In this document: in pieces, positions 8,659 to 18,919 of the stretch
How positions within the stretch are numbered: the first letter of the stretch is position 1
How the letters are laid out: every line of letters starts with the position of its first letter
From: Bacilli bacterium
GTDB taxonomy: Bacteria; Bacillota_I; Bacilli_A; RFN20; CAG-826
Direction of reading: 5' to 3'
NCBI GenBank assembly: GCA_049419605.1
Contig: JBMSKF010000005.1
Span: forward strand, 58 to 64,057
DNA length: 64,000 nucleotides
The notes under the pieces: generated by a model
The model's input: the letters and a program-made list of their open reading frames with translations, nothing else
What the model was told of the DNA's origin: nothing
Database searches by the model: none
Made by a program: the position numbers and the translations under genes

Positions 8659-11600
8659 ATGAAAAAAACAAAATTAAACCTCCCTACATTGTTTACAAAA
8701 CAAACTGGCATTTGGCTAGTTATTTTGTTTATGGGTCTTACCGGTTTTGTTTTTTTGATGGATCAGTCACCCGCACCGTTGAATGAAAATTTTAACACCT
8801 ACCCTTTTATCCAACCCTCATTTGATTATGCTTATCAAACACAAGTTTATGGCATTCCAACTTATACTGCGAAACAAAATTTCTATCGAGAAGCAGGGGT
8901 TCCTCAAACGGGTTATGAGTCAAGTTACTTTGGAGATTCTCTCCAAGGAACTCCCATTGGAATTCTTGATGCAAACCATGGCAACATCGTAGAAAATTAT
9001 ACGGATGGAGATGAAGTATTTTTATTGGATCAAAGCGAAACCCTCTCTTTTGTTTATGACGGACAAGAGAGTGGAATTATCTCCTTAGCCTTAGATTATT
9101 ACTTACTTGATCAAGGCACTGAAGACACTAAAATTGCTTTAACCATTAATAATGAGTTTCAATTTTATGAATCGCAAACGTTGGTGCTTCCCGCTTCATG
9201 GATGTTTGCAGAAGATACCTTTCCTTTAGATCGTTATGAAAATGAATTACAACCTCAATCTATCAAAGTTAATGCATGGTCAAATCATGTATTAAGAGAT
9301 ATGAAAGCGATGCATGCTTATCCCTATCAATTTTATGTTGAATATGGTGATGAAATTACCCTCCAATTTGTTAATGCAAAGGTTTTAGTAGGCAAGATTC
9401 AAGTTGTGACAAGCGAACCTCTCATTGACTATGCAACTTACCGTGAAGGAAGTCCTCATGCACCCGTGATCGATACTCTATCCATGATTTCTAGTCGGTC
9501 GATGGTGTCGCGAACCGATGCCTCGATTCGTTTAAGAACCGAGCAAGATGCGAGTAGTATGTATTACGATACTCAATTCTTAAAACTCAATACGATTTTT
9601 GGTGATAGCTGGGAACGTGGTGGGCAAACCATTTCCTATGAAGTTGATATCGAAACCAGTGGATATTATGCTTTGTCTTTCCGTTACCGCCAATACTTAC
9701 AAAATGACATGGTGACGATGAGAAGTGTCTATATCAATGGAGAAGTCCCATTCCAAGAATTTTTAGCGATGGCGTTTCCTTATACGATGCAATTTAGAAA
9801 CCGGACCTTAGCCCAAGACAATGGGGATCCTTACTATGTTTATTTAGAAGAAGGCATCAATACAATCAGCCTTGAAGCGGTTAATTATGCCTATCGCTTT
9901 GCCTTAGAAACCCTGCAAACCATCATGTCTCAAATTCAACAACTCGCACTCTCTATCAAACGATATACAGCAGGGAGTAATGATTTATACCGTGATTGGG
10001 AAATCGAAACGTATTTTCCTCAAGCAAAAAATCAAATGCTTGGTTGGGCTGATCAACTCGATGCCATGTATACACATTTATTAAATTTATCCATTAATCG
10101 TAATCCTTCTCAACTTGCCAATGTCAAAGTGAGTAGTGCAAGATTAAGAACTTTTGCGAATCAAATTAATCGCTTACCAGGATTAATGGTGCAATTTGCC
10201 GATGGTGATTCTAGTGTCAATCAAATGCTGGGCGCATTGCTACAAGAAATGATGCGATCTTCTTTAGAAATCGAACGTATCATGATTCATGGTGATGTTA
10301 GTTTGCCACGATCCACTGCCACCTTCTTCCGTAGTGCTTACGAAGGCAGCGCTCGATTGGTTCTTTCTTTTATTAATAATCCATATTCAGCAACACAAAT
10401 GGATGAAGAACAAATTAACGTTTGGGTTAACTTCCCAAGACCCTATATCGAAATCATGCAGGCGATGATTGATCAATTTTATCCCGGTGACCGCGAAGTC
10501 AAACTTTCGCAAATGCCTGATGAAAATAAATTAATTCTTTCTAATATCTCTGGTCAATCTCCAGATGTTGCGGTCGGTGTAAATCACTGGATTCCTTATG
10601 ATTTTGCTGCACGTGATGCCGCGATGGATTTAAGACAGTTTGATGGGTATACCGAAACGGTTTCTCAATTTTCTAAAGGGGCAATGATCCCTTACGTCTT
10701 TGAAGAAGGGGTGTATGGTTTACCTTTAACGCAAAATTTCTGGGTCACATTTTATCGTCGCGACATTATGGAATCGATTGGTGTCAATACCATTCCTCAA
10801 ACATGGGATGAAATTATTGGTATTTTACCTTTATTACAAAGTTATGGGCTAAATTACTTCTTACCCCTTTCGCAATTTTCAGGTTTAAAACCATTTGTTG
10901 CAACATTACCCTTTATCCATCAATTTGGTGGACAACTTTATGCAGAAGACGGCATGAGTACGACAATCAATGAAGAAAATACTTTAAAAGGGATCACCTT
11001 AATGGCGGAACTTTTTACCCTCTATAATATCCCCAAATTCGTCGCAAGTTTTTATAATCAATTCCGATATGGAACGTTGCCGATTGGCATTGGAGATTTA
11101 GGAACGTATTTACTATTATCAAGTGCTGCAAGTGAATTAGACGGATTATGGGCAATGGATTTACATCCCGGATATCAAGACCCCGTGACTCAAGAGATCA
11201 ATCGTTCGAGCGCGACTGGTGCTCAAGGGTCGATGATTTTGGCAAATACCAATATTCCTGAAGATAGTTGGGATTTCTTGTCTTGGTGGATGTCGACACC
11301 TATTCAAACTTTATTTGGTTCCACGCTTCAAAGTACCTATGGCAAAACCTATTTCTGGAACTCTGCTAACTTAGAGGCTTTTGCTGAATCAAGTATGCCT
11401 GAAGAATATAAGTCAGTTGTTTTAGCGCAATGGGAATATGCTTTAGAAGCTAGTCGGATTCCTGGCACTTATATGGTGGAACGAGAATTATCCAATGCTT
11501 GGACCAATATTGTCTTTCAAGGAATCAATCCACGCCAAGCGATTGATGAAGCAGTGAGAATTTCTAATCGGGAAATTATTTATAAGATGGCCGAATTCGG

Positions 11601-11685
11601 TTACACCTTCCAAGGTGAAATTTTACGACCGTATCCTGTGCCGACGATTGATAATATAGATTGGTGGTTGACTCAACATGCTTAA
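8659..11685 (+). CDS. TM-anchored giant extracellular protein: N-terminal TM, CBM-like beta-sandwich regions, a helical region and a C-terminal family-1 solute-binding-protein domain
   Basis: The ATG at 8659 ([12 protein letters not shown]...) lies after the hairpin. TM segment [22 protein letters not shown]6/35-like pattern is present ([12 protein letters not shown]...VYINGE...INTISLEA). From about nt 10411 the protein becomes SBP-like ([22 protein letters not shown]...PDVAVGV...). The stop overlaps the next permease start by 8 nt. Confidence 0.6.
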   Translation: MKKTKLNLPTLFTKQTGIWLVILFMGLTGFVFLMDQSPAPLNENFNTYPFIQPSFDYAYQTQVYGIPTYTAKQNFYREAGVPQTGYESSYFGDSLQGTPIGILDANHGNIVENYTDGDEVFLLDQSETLSFVYDGQESGIISLALDYYLLDQGTEDTKIALTINNEFQFYESQTLVLPASWMFAEDTFPLDRYENELQPQSIKVNAWSNHVLRDMKAMHAYPYQFYVEYGDEITLQFVNAKVLVGKIQVVTSEPLIDYATYREGSPHAPVIDTLSMISSRSMVSRTDASIRLRTEQDASSMYYDTQFLKLNTIFGDSWERGGQTISYEVDIETSGYYALSFRYRQYLQNDMVTMRSVYINGEVPFQEFLAMAFPYTMQFRNRTLAQDNGDPYYVYLEEGINTISLEAVNYAYRFALETLQTIMSQIQQLALSIKRYTAGSNDLYRDWEIETYFPQAKNQMLGWADQLDAMYTHLLNLSINRNPSQLANVKVSSARLRTFANQINRLPGLMVQFADGDSSVNQMLGALLQEMMRSSLEIERIMIHGDVSLPRSTATFFRSAYEGSARLVLSFINNPYSATQMDEEQINVWVNFPRPYIEIMQAMIDQFYPGDREVKLSQMPDENKLILSNISGQSPDVAVGVNHWIPYDFAARDAAMDLRQFDGYTETVSQFSKGAMIPYVFEEGVYGLPLTQNFWVTFYRRDIMESIGVNTIPQTWDEIIGILPLLQSYGLNYFLPLSQFSGLKPFVATLPFIHQFGGQLYAEDGMSTTINEENTLKGITLMAELFTLYNIPKFVASFYNQFRYGTLPIGIGDLGTYLLLSSAASELDGLWAMDLHPGYQDPVTQEINRSSATGAQGSMILANTNIPEDSWDFLSWWMSTPIQTLFGSTLQSTYGKTYFWNSANLEAFAESSMPEEYKSVVLAQWEYALEASRIPGTYMVERELSNAWTNIVFQGINPRQAIDEAVRISNREIIYKMAEFGYTFQGEILRPYPVPTIDNIDWWLTQHA

Positions 11686-12574
11686 TCGATTATTAGATCG
11701 GATGAATCGCCCTGCTTGGTTTATTTTCCCTTATTGGTTTTTGTTTGCAGTCTTCATTGTGGTACCTGTTGTCGCTGCAATTGGATTATCCTTCACGTTC
11801 TTTAATTCCATACAAACTCCAACCTTTATTGGCATTACAAACTATATTGAATTAATTACTTTAGACACTGTCTTTATGCGATACGTATTACCCAACACCT
11901 TGCGTTTTGCATTTATTGTGGGACCAGTTGGGTATGCATTGTCCTTTATGGTTGCATGGATGTTATCCCACTTACCGAAAAGACCAAGAACGATTTTAGC
12001 AATCATCTTTTATTCACCTTCTTTAACTGCAGGGGTTGCTATGGCAGCGATGTGGCGCATTATCTTTTCTGGAGATGCTCAAGGTTACTTGAATGCGATT
12101 ATGTTGGATTTAGGTTTGATTGTAGAACCGATTCAATTTTTACAAAATCCTGATATGCTCATGACCATTATGATTGTGGTGTCATTATGGAGTTCCATCG
12201 GGGTTGGTTTCTTAGCCATGCTTGCCGGGATTTTAAACGTTGATCGTACACTATATGAAGCGGCTTATATTGATGGCATCAAAAATTGGTTCCAAGAAAT
12301 TATTTATGTCACCATCCCAGCGATGAAGCCACAAATGATTTTTGGTGCAGTCATGGCTGTCGTGGGTACTTTCCAAGCAGGTGCAATTGGTGTTGCTTTG
12401 TCGGGAACCAATCCTACGCCAAATTATGCCGGTCAATTGATTGTAAATCACATTGAAGACTTTGGTTTCATTCGTTACATGATGGGTTACGCGGCGAGTA
12501 TTTCCGTCATTCTATTGTTGATGGTGTATGCGATTTCTAAGGTAACGTGGAAGTTTTTAGGAGAAAAAGATTAA
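11678..12574 (+). CDS. ABC sugar transporter permease (MalF/LplB-type)
   Basis: 298 aa with six predicted TM segments. An EAA-like loop is present ([27 protein letters not shown]). Confidence 0.85.
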   Translation: MLNRLLDRMNRPAWFIFPYWFLFAVFIVVPVVAAIGLSFTFFNSIQTPTFIGITNYIELITLDTVFMRYVLPNTLRFAFIVGPVGYALSFMVAWMLSHLPKRPRTILAIIFYSPSLTAGVAMAAMWRIIFSGDAQGYLNAIMLDLGLIVEPIQFLQNPDMLMTIMIVVSLWSSIGVGFLAMLAGILNVDRTLYEAAYIDGIKNWFQEIIYVTIPAMKPQMIFGAVMAVVGTFQAGAIGVALSGTNPTPNYAGQLIVNHIEDFGFIRYMMGYAASISVILLLMVYAISKVTWKFLGEKD

Positions 12575-13452
12575 TGGCCTCAAAATTTTTAGGAACACAA
12601 ATTAATCCGGACCGTTTCCATAAAGGACAACTTCCTTTTTTCATTATTCTCATTTCATTTTCTGTCTTGATGATCTTACCGATTTTATTTATCATCAATC
12701 ACGCCTTTAAACCACAGTCAGAACTCTTTGCCTATCCTCCTGCATTTTTTGTAAAAAATCCAACCCTTGATAACTTTATTGAACTCGCTAGACTTGTTTC
12801 AACATCAGGCGTTCCTTTTTCTCGTTATGTTTTAAATAGTTTGTTCATCACGGGTATCGGCGTTGGCTTGGCAATTTTATTTACCGCTTTATCCGCTTAT
12901 GGTTTAGCCAAATTGCATTTTAAAGGAAAGAAATTATTATTTGAAATCAATACGATTTCTTTAATGTTTGTGCCAATCGCGGTGCAAATTCCTCGTTATA
13001 TTGTGGTGGCCCAATCAGGAATGATTGATACCTATTTCGCTCATATTTTCCCGCTAATTACCATGCCTGTCGCTATGTTTTTAATCAAACAATTCATCGA
13101 TCAAATTCCTAATGATTTTATTGAAGCCGCGCGTATTGATGGGGCTAGTGAGATGCAAATATTCTTTAAAGTCATCATGCCGATGATTGCTCCAGCAGTT
13201 GCCACTGTTGGTATTCTTGCTTTCCAATTAATTTGGAATGATACCTCCACTTCAACCTTATTTATTAATGACGAAAGTTTAAGAACGTTAGCATTTTTCT
13301 TACAAACTTTAACTTCAGGAGTTGGTAATACCATTGCTGGACAAGGAATGGCGGCTGCGGCATCGTTATTAATGTTTATTCCTAATTTAGTCTTGTTTGT
13401 CATCTTACAAAGTCAAGTGATGTCCACGATGGCGCACTCGGGGTTGAAGTAA
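12574..13452 (+). CDS. ABC sugar transporter permease (MalG/LplC-type)
   Basis: EAA loop FIEAARIDGASEMQIFFKVIMPMIAP. The ATG at 12574 is preceded by GGAGAAAAAG; the track's GVG-type extension from 12547 overlaps the upstream gene. Confidence 0.85.
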   Translation: MASKFLGTQINPDRFHKGQLPFFIILISFSVLMILPILFIINHAFKPQSELFAYPPAFFVKNPTLDNFIELARLVSTSGVPFSRYVLNSLFITGIGVGLAILFTALSAYGLAKLHFKGKKLLFEINTISLMFVPIAVQIPRYIVVAQSGMIDTYFAHIFPLITMPVAMFLIKQFIDQIPNDFIEAARIDGASEMQIFFKVIMPMIAPAVATVGILAFQLIWNDTSTSTLFINDESLRTLAFFLQTLTSGVGNTIAGQGMAAAASLLMFIPNLVLFVILQSQVMSTMAHSGLK

Positions 13453-13453
13453 T

Positions 13454-15496
13454 ATGAAACGCTGGTTATATCTAGTTCTTTTTGCAAACTTAGGTTTGTT
13501 ATTACCGCAAAGAACGGTAGTACCCACGCTTGCAGATAATGGATTGCCCTATCAAACTTACACTTATGCAAGTTCACGGCAACAACTTATCCAAACCCAA
13601 GATGCATATTTACCGTTATCTCTTGCAACGCAACTTGGTGATTTCACCCTATCATCACCCCAAGATGTTTACGTGGATTCACAAGATATTATCTATGTTG
13701 CTGATAAAGGTAGAAAATCCATCATCAAATATAATTTGCAAAATGATGAAGCGATTGAAATTGGTTTAGGTATACTCAACGAACCAACAGGTGTCCATGT
13801 TGATGAATTAGGTTCGATTTATGTGGCAGACTTTGCCAATAAAAAAGCTTATCAGTTCATCAATGATGACGGGGAATATAGGGTACAAACCGAGTATCAA
13901 AAACCTCTTAATTCACCTTTCTTTGGTGAAGAAGATCCCTTTGATCCTACCAAAGTTGTCACCGATCGAGGCGGCAACGTCTATGTTTTACTTGCCGGTA
14001 ACGTGAACGGTCTTGCTCAGTTTAAAAATAATGGTGAATTCTTTGGTTATTTCGGTGGCAATCGAATTCCAGCCACAATTGCAAACACCATTCGTTCGCT
14101 ATTGTTTGATGAAGAAACAAGACGTAACTTTTTCCAAATCATTCCTAAGCCTGTTTATAACCTTAGTATTGATCAAAGTGGTTTAATTTTAACCTCTACC
14201 AAAGACCAAGATGGATACTTAAAACTCAACATTGCTAACGTCATCTATAATCAATCGGTTTGGGGTTTTAATACAGTTGAAGATATTGCGGTTGGTCCGT
14301 ATAACACGATTTATACGTTAACCTCTGAAGGTTATATCGTTGAGTATGATCCTAATGGTTCCGTGCTATTTTTATTTTCAGGTCCGGACGCCATTGGGCA
14401 AAAAGGATTATTTAAACGAGCCAAAGGGATCGCGATTGATTCCCGAAATAATTTATATGCAGTTGATGAAGCAACTGGCGCACTCCAAATTTTTATTCCA
14501 ACCGAATTTGCAAATTTAGTTCATGATGCTATCGATTTATACTTTGATGGAAAATATGCCGAATCTTTGGTCCCTTGGCAAAACGTCTTAAAAATGAATC
14601 GGCTTTTTGACCTTGCAAATCAAGGATTGGGTGACGCTTATTTTGCTTTACAAGATTATGAATCTGCCTTAACTTACTATCGATTAGCGAGAGATACTAG
14701 AGGTTATTCCAATGCTTACTGGGAAGTTCGAAACCAATTCCTGTTAGTCAATGGCAATGCTTTCGTCGTTTTCTTAATGATACTTATCGCTTTCTATGTG
14801 GTTCGCAAATTCATTCCTGGCTATGTTTGGGTGCAAACGCAAATCCATAATTTAAAACAAAAAACCACGCTTCCTAATTGGATTAAAGAACTCCAATTTC
14901 CTTTCCAAGTGTTTGCCAAACCGGTTGATGGATATGATGATATCAAACGTCATCAAACCTTTAGCAACCGCAGTGCGCTTATTTATTTAATCGCATTCTT
15001 TGTCGCGTATTTAATTTGGATATACGAAACCAACTTTTTATTTAACGGTTTAATCTCTTCTGAAATTAATATAGTTGAACAAGTGATTGGTGTCTTTGTT
15101 CCATTTGGTTTGTGGGTTGTTAGTAACTACTTAGTTTGTTCCATACGAGATGGCGATGGTAAATTATCGGAAGTATTTCAAGCATCAGCCTTAACATTAT
15201 TGCCAATGATTATCACCTTCCCAATTCTGACGATCATTTCGCATGGGTTAACGGCAAATGAAAGCTTTATTTATGATTTGATATATGGCATTGGTGTGAG
15301 CTTTACCGTGATATATATGTTTATCATGGTGAAAGAAATTCATTTCTATGACATCAAACCGACGTTTAAAAACATTCTCATCACGATCTTTACTGCCATT
15401 ATGTTACTTGCTTTAACCTTAATTATTGTCTTCTTGCTTGGAGAAGTTTATCAATTGATCGCCGATATCATTCAGGAGGTGAATAGCCGTGTTTAA
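13454..15496 (+). CDS. Fusion membrane protein: signal peptide, NHL-like beta-propeller, TPR-like helices, then a polytopic Yip1-like domain
   Basis: Repeated blades occur at aa ~60-350: IYVADKGRKSIIKY, IYVADFANKKAYQF, VYVLLAGNVNGLAQF, LYAVDEATGALQIF. A TPR-like stretch GDAYFALQDYESALTYYRLA follows. A TM sits at aa ~428-450, then five more TM segments in a Yip1-like region (FQVFAKPVDGYDDIKRH...). Confidence 0.6.
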   Translation: MKRWLYLVLFANLGLLLPQRTVVPTLADNGLPYQTYTYASSRQQLIQTQDAYLPLSLATQLGDFTLSSPQDVYVDSQDIIYVADKGRKSIIKYNLQNDEAIEIGLGILNEPTGVHVDELGSIYVADFANKKAYQFINDDGEYRVQTEYQKPLNSPFFGEEDPFDPTKVVTDRGGNVYVLLAGNVNGLAQFKNNGEFFGYFGGNRIPATIANTIRSLLFDEETRRNFFQIIPKPVYNLSIDQSGLILTSTKDQDGYLKLNIANVIYNQSVWGFNTVEDIAVGPYNTIYTLTSEGYIVEYDPNGSVLFLFSGPDAIGQKGLFKRAKGIAIDSRNNLYAVDEATGALQIFIPTEFANLVHDAIDLYFDGKYAESLVPWQNVLKMNRLFDLANQGLGDAYFALQDYESALTYYRLARDTRGYSNAYWEVRNQFLLVNGNAFVVFLMILIAFYVVRKFIPGYVWVQTQIHNLKQKTTLPNWIKELQFPFQVFAKPVDGYDDIKRHQTFSNRSALIYLIAFFVAYLIWIYETNFLFNGLISSEINIVEQVIGVFVPFGLWVVSNYLVCSIRDGDGKLSEVFQASALTLLPMIITFPILTIISHGLTANESFIYDLIYGIGVSFTVIYMFIMVKEIHFYDIKPTFKNILITIFTAIMLLALTLIIVFLLGEVYQLIADIIQEVNSRV

Positions 15497-17855
15497 ACTT
15501 TCACGATTCATCATTCCGATGATTGTATTACCCGTATTAATTGTGACAACCCAAGAGGATCCAACATTAATGGTTGCTCCTCGTGTTGATAATTTTGCTT
15601 TTATTGAAAACCAATTATTGAGTAGTTCAAGATACACGCAAGTAGATGAACAAAATGCGGCTGTTTTAAACCGTTTCGAAGATGACTTTCACTTACAATA
15701 TAGCGAAGAACAACTTGATATTCTTGGTTATGAGTTAATGTTAGAAAATAACAACCTTAATCTTTATTTTGAAAAAGATTCTTTTTCATTGTTGCTTGAG
15801 GATAAGGCAACTGGTTATATGTTATCTTCGCGTCCAGAATTCCAAGGGTATTCTGAAACCAGAGAAGATAACACAGCGAATCGTAATCAAATGAATTCAG
15901 GTTTATGGATTGAATCAATCCGAACCAATAATATTAGTAGCAGTGCAATTAAAGTAGAATCGTTGTACACCATTGCAGATGTAAGTTATCAAACGAATGG
16001 TTCGCAGGATTTAACCAACATTGATTGGACAAGACCTTATTTAATTGAGGCGAATAGTTATCAACGTAGTCGAGTACAAGTCACCACTTCATCTATTAAT
16101 GAAACAAGTTTTAAATCCACGATTCAGATTACAAACTATGGTTTTAGTTTTGACATCACCATTGGCTTAGAATCGAATGGATTTTCTGTTCGTTTTAATC
16201 CAACAACTATCCAAGAAAATAATGATCAATATCGCTTACTTGGATTACAATTTTTCCCATATTTTGGTTCTGCTCGTGAGGATATTTATCCCGGTTATGT
16301 TGTCATTCCAGATGGCGTTGGTGCATTAGTCAGAACCAATCAACGTTTTGATAAAACCTATCAATCTGATTATTATGGTTCAGATTTAGGTTATCTAAGA
16401 AACTCGGTTGCCTCGTTATCCCTTCCTATTTATGGCATGATTCATCAAGTCAATCGTATTGGTTTTTATCATGACATAGTTGAGGGTGCAGAACATGCAA
16501 CCTTATTAGCGAATTTCTGGGGTAGAAACACTCGTTATCATCGCATCACAAATCGATATAACGTTCGACGTATTTATCGAAATATCATTAATCGTGCTGG
16601 TGATGGTCAAGATGTTATTCCTACAGAAATGATTACGCAACCTTATGAAGGGGTTTACCGTATTTTAAAAGAAGACCAAGCTAATTACGTTGGCGTGGCA
16701 AAATCTTATCAAAATGAATTAGCAACTCGGCAAGCTATTCAAGCATTAGAAAACACAGAAACACCGATTCAACTTGCCATGCTAATTCACGAACAAGAAC
16801 CTACTTTTTTTGGCACATCACGATTAACCATGACTTCAATGGATGATGTTCAACGCATGCGAGATGAACTCAATGAACAAGGTATTGATGAGCAGCTTAT
16901 CGTCTTAAAAGGATGGTCTGGCGATGGGTATGCTTACCGCCAACCATACTATTTTAATTTACCCGATCGTCAAGGATTATTAGATGTGATTGCAGACGTC
17001 AACGAAGATGGCCAGCATCTATTCCTTGAACAGGACTATCTTGTGAGTAGTGAACTTTCTCGCCGAGTTGAATTTAATCGCGATGTCGCACGAAATTACT
17101 CTAAATTAAAAATGAGTTATCGTCTCAATCGCTTGGATAATCAACCGATTAATGAGTATTATCTTTACCCAACCATCGCTCAAGAAAAACTAGCAAATGA
17201 TATCGCAGTGATAGATGACTTAGGGGCAAGCGGATTTGCATTCCCTCATCTTGGTCAAACCTTATTTAGCTATTATGATGATCAACGAATCAACCGTTCT
17301 GAAACTTTACAAATTGTGACCGATATGGCTGCATCATTAAACCGCTCAGCGATGAATCGGCCATCTGCCTACATGTTCCCGTATGTCAGTCATTATTTAG
17401 AAATGCCAATCACAAATAGTCAGCTGGATTTATTTACTGACTTAGTGCCACTTGTTCCTTATGTGTTAAAAGGGTATGTGCCCACCTTCACACCTTATTT
17501 AAACTTTAATGCTTTAGGAAAAGAACGACTACTCCAAATGATTGATTTTGCAGTGAATCCAAGTTATTTATTAACCGATCAACCAAGTAGCGCGCTTCGT
17601 TATACTTATAGCAATAAATACTTCACCACCGCTTATAGTGATTTCAAAGATGACATCCAAGATGTGTATCAATATATTGCAACTGCATTAAATCCGGTGT
17701 TGGGAACTACGGTCGCTGAACGAACGATGGTACAAACCGGGGTTAGTCGCATTGTCTATGATAATGGCGTCACCTTATATATTAATTACCGTTCTACACC
17801 TGTTACCGTTGATCAACTGACGATTGCGGCATTAGACTATGAGGTTGTGTTATGA
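15489..17855 (+). CDS. N-terminally TM-anchored 788-aa extracytoplasmic protein, DUF5696-like (function unknown; possible glycoside-hydrolase-like fold)
   Basis: GTG start 7 nt after an AGGAGGTG RBS, overlapping the upstream stop by 8 nt. It has a single N-terminal TM (FIIPMIVLPVLIVTT). Motifs GYVVIPDGVGALV and LKGWSGDGY are present. I recognise no named catalytic signature. Confidence 0.4.
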   Translation: MFKLSRFIIPMIVLPVLIVTTQEDPTLMVAPRVDNFAFIENQLLSSSRYTQVDEQNAAVLNRFEDDFHLQYSEEQLDILGYELMLENNNLNLYFEKDSFSLLLEDKATGYMLSSRPEFQGYSETREDNTANRNQMNSGLWIESIRTNNISSSAIKVESLYTIADVSYQTNGSQDLTNIDWTRPYLIEANSYQRSRVQVTTSSINETSFKSTIQITNYGFSFDITIGLESNGFSVRFNPTTIQENNDQYRLLGLQFFPYFGSAREDIYPGYVVIPDGVGALVRTNQRFDKTYQSDYYGSDLGYLRNSVASLSLPIYGMIHQVNRIGFYHDIVEGAEHATLLANFWGRNTRYHRITNRYNVRRIYRNIINRAGDGQDVIPTEMITQPYEGVYRILKEDQANYVGVAKSYQNELATRQAIQALENTETPIQLAMLIHEQEPTFFGTSRLTMTSMDDVQRMRDELNEQGIDEQLIVLKGWSGDGYAYRQPYYFNLPDRQGLLDVIADVNEDGQHLFLEQDYLVSSELSRRVEFNRDVARNYSKLKMSYRLNRLDNQPINEYYLYPTIAQEKLANDIAVIDDLGASGFAFPHLGQTLFSYYDDQRINRSETLQIVTDMAASLNRSAMNRPSAYMFPYVSHYLEMPITNSQLDLFTDLVPLVPYVLKGYVPTFTPYLNFNALGKERLLQMIDFAVNPSYLLTDQPSSALRYTYSNKYFTTAYSDFKDDIQDVYQYIATALNPVLGTTVAERTMVQTGVSRIVYDNGVTLYINYRSTPVTVDQLTIAALDYEVVL

Positions 17856-18919
17856 AGACAAAAAGACCTTCTATTTTTAAACAATTCTTAACGCGTCTTT
17901 TGAATTTGATGGAATCAATGAGTCAATTTTACCAAGCTAAGATTCAACCTCCCTTAGACCGTTTTGTTTATCGCTTAAAACATAATTTTATTTATCGAGA
18001 AATCGGTAATACAGTGAAAATATTTTCCTTAATCACCATTCGTATTACAAGAAAACGTCGGCATGCATTTTATGGCTATCTATTTATTTTGATATGGTTA
18101 ATTGGGATTGCGATTTTTACCTTATATCCCTTAGGATATTCATTTTATTTAAGTTTTCATGAAGCCTATTACAACTTACAAGAAGGCGTTATTACCACAT
18201 TCATCGGCTTCACGAATTATGTCAACATATTCAGAAGTCAAACCCTTGTGCCTGCTTATAGCAATTATTTAGGAAGAATGGTGGTTGCGGTTCCCATCAT
18301 CATTGTCTTTTCAATCATCATTGCCGTCCTCGTCAATATGCCAATCAAGACCAAAAGTTTGTGGCGAACTGTTTTCTTTTTACCGGTGATTATTTCAACG
18401 GGTCCTGTCATCAATGAATTGAATGCTCAAAGTGCGATTACTTTACCCAATTTACAGGCGAGCGGAATCTATAGTTATATCGTCAATAATTTACCAAGCT
18501 TTTTAGCAGATCCTTTAACCACTGTCATTAATTCCATGCTTTTAATCCTATGGTATGCAGGGATTCCTATCCTCATTTATTTAGCAGGATTACAAAAAAT
18601 TGATCCGAGTTTATATGAAGCCGCCAGTATGGATGGCGCCTCACCTTGGATGCGTTTTTGGAAAATTACCTTACCATCATTAATGCCGTTTACCGGTATT
18701 TCCATTGTCTATGTTGTGGTATCGATGTCCTTATTTGTTGAACCAGGTGGCATATTAGATTTAACAAGGACCCACATGTTAGTGGGGGCTCCTGATTCTG
18801 CATTCTGGTTTGGATATGGATATGCAGCAGCGATGGCGTGGGTATATTTCATTTGTATGGTCTTATTGATTCTAGTTTTTACAAGTCTTACCCGAGAAAA
18901 AAGAGGTAAAGTAAAATGA
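17852..18919 (+). CDS. ABC sugar transporter permease with a long N-terminal extension (LplB-like)
   Basis: ATGA start/stop overlap with the upstream gene. EAA loop LYEAASMDGASPWMRFWKITLPSLMP. 355 aa. Confidence 0.85.
   Translation: MKTKRPSIFKQFLTRLLNLMESMSQFYQAKIQPPLDRFVYRLKHNFIYREIGNTVKIFSLITIRITRKRRHAFYGYLFILIWLIGIAIFTLYPLGYSFYLSFHEAYYNLQEGVITTFIGFTNYVNIFRSQTLVPAYSNYLGRMVVAVPIIIVFSIIIAVLVNMPIKTKSLWRTVFFLPVIISTGPVINELNAQSAITLPNLQASGIYSYIVNNLPSFLADPLTTVINSMLLILWYAGIPILIYLAGLQKIDPSLYEAASMDGASPWMRFWKITLPSLMPFTGISIVYVVVSMSLFVEPGGILDLTRTHMLVGAPDSAFWFGYGYAAAMAWVYFICMVLLILVFTSLTREKRGKVK

Noticed and set aside
17853-17855. Possibility of genetic code 4 (UGA read as Trp), as in many Mollicutes.
   Set aside because: Several well-supported genes end at TGA in ATGA start/stop overlaps (17853, 18917, 21726). 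Trp is encoded by TGG throughout. No family-typical protein appears truncated at an in-frame TGA.
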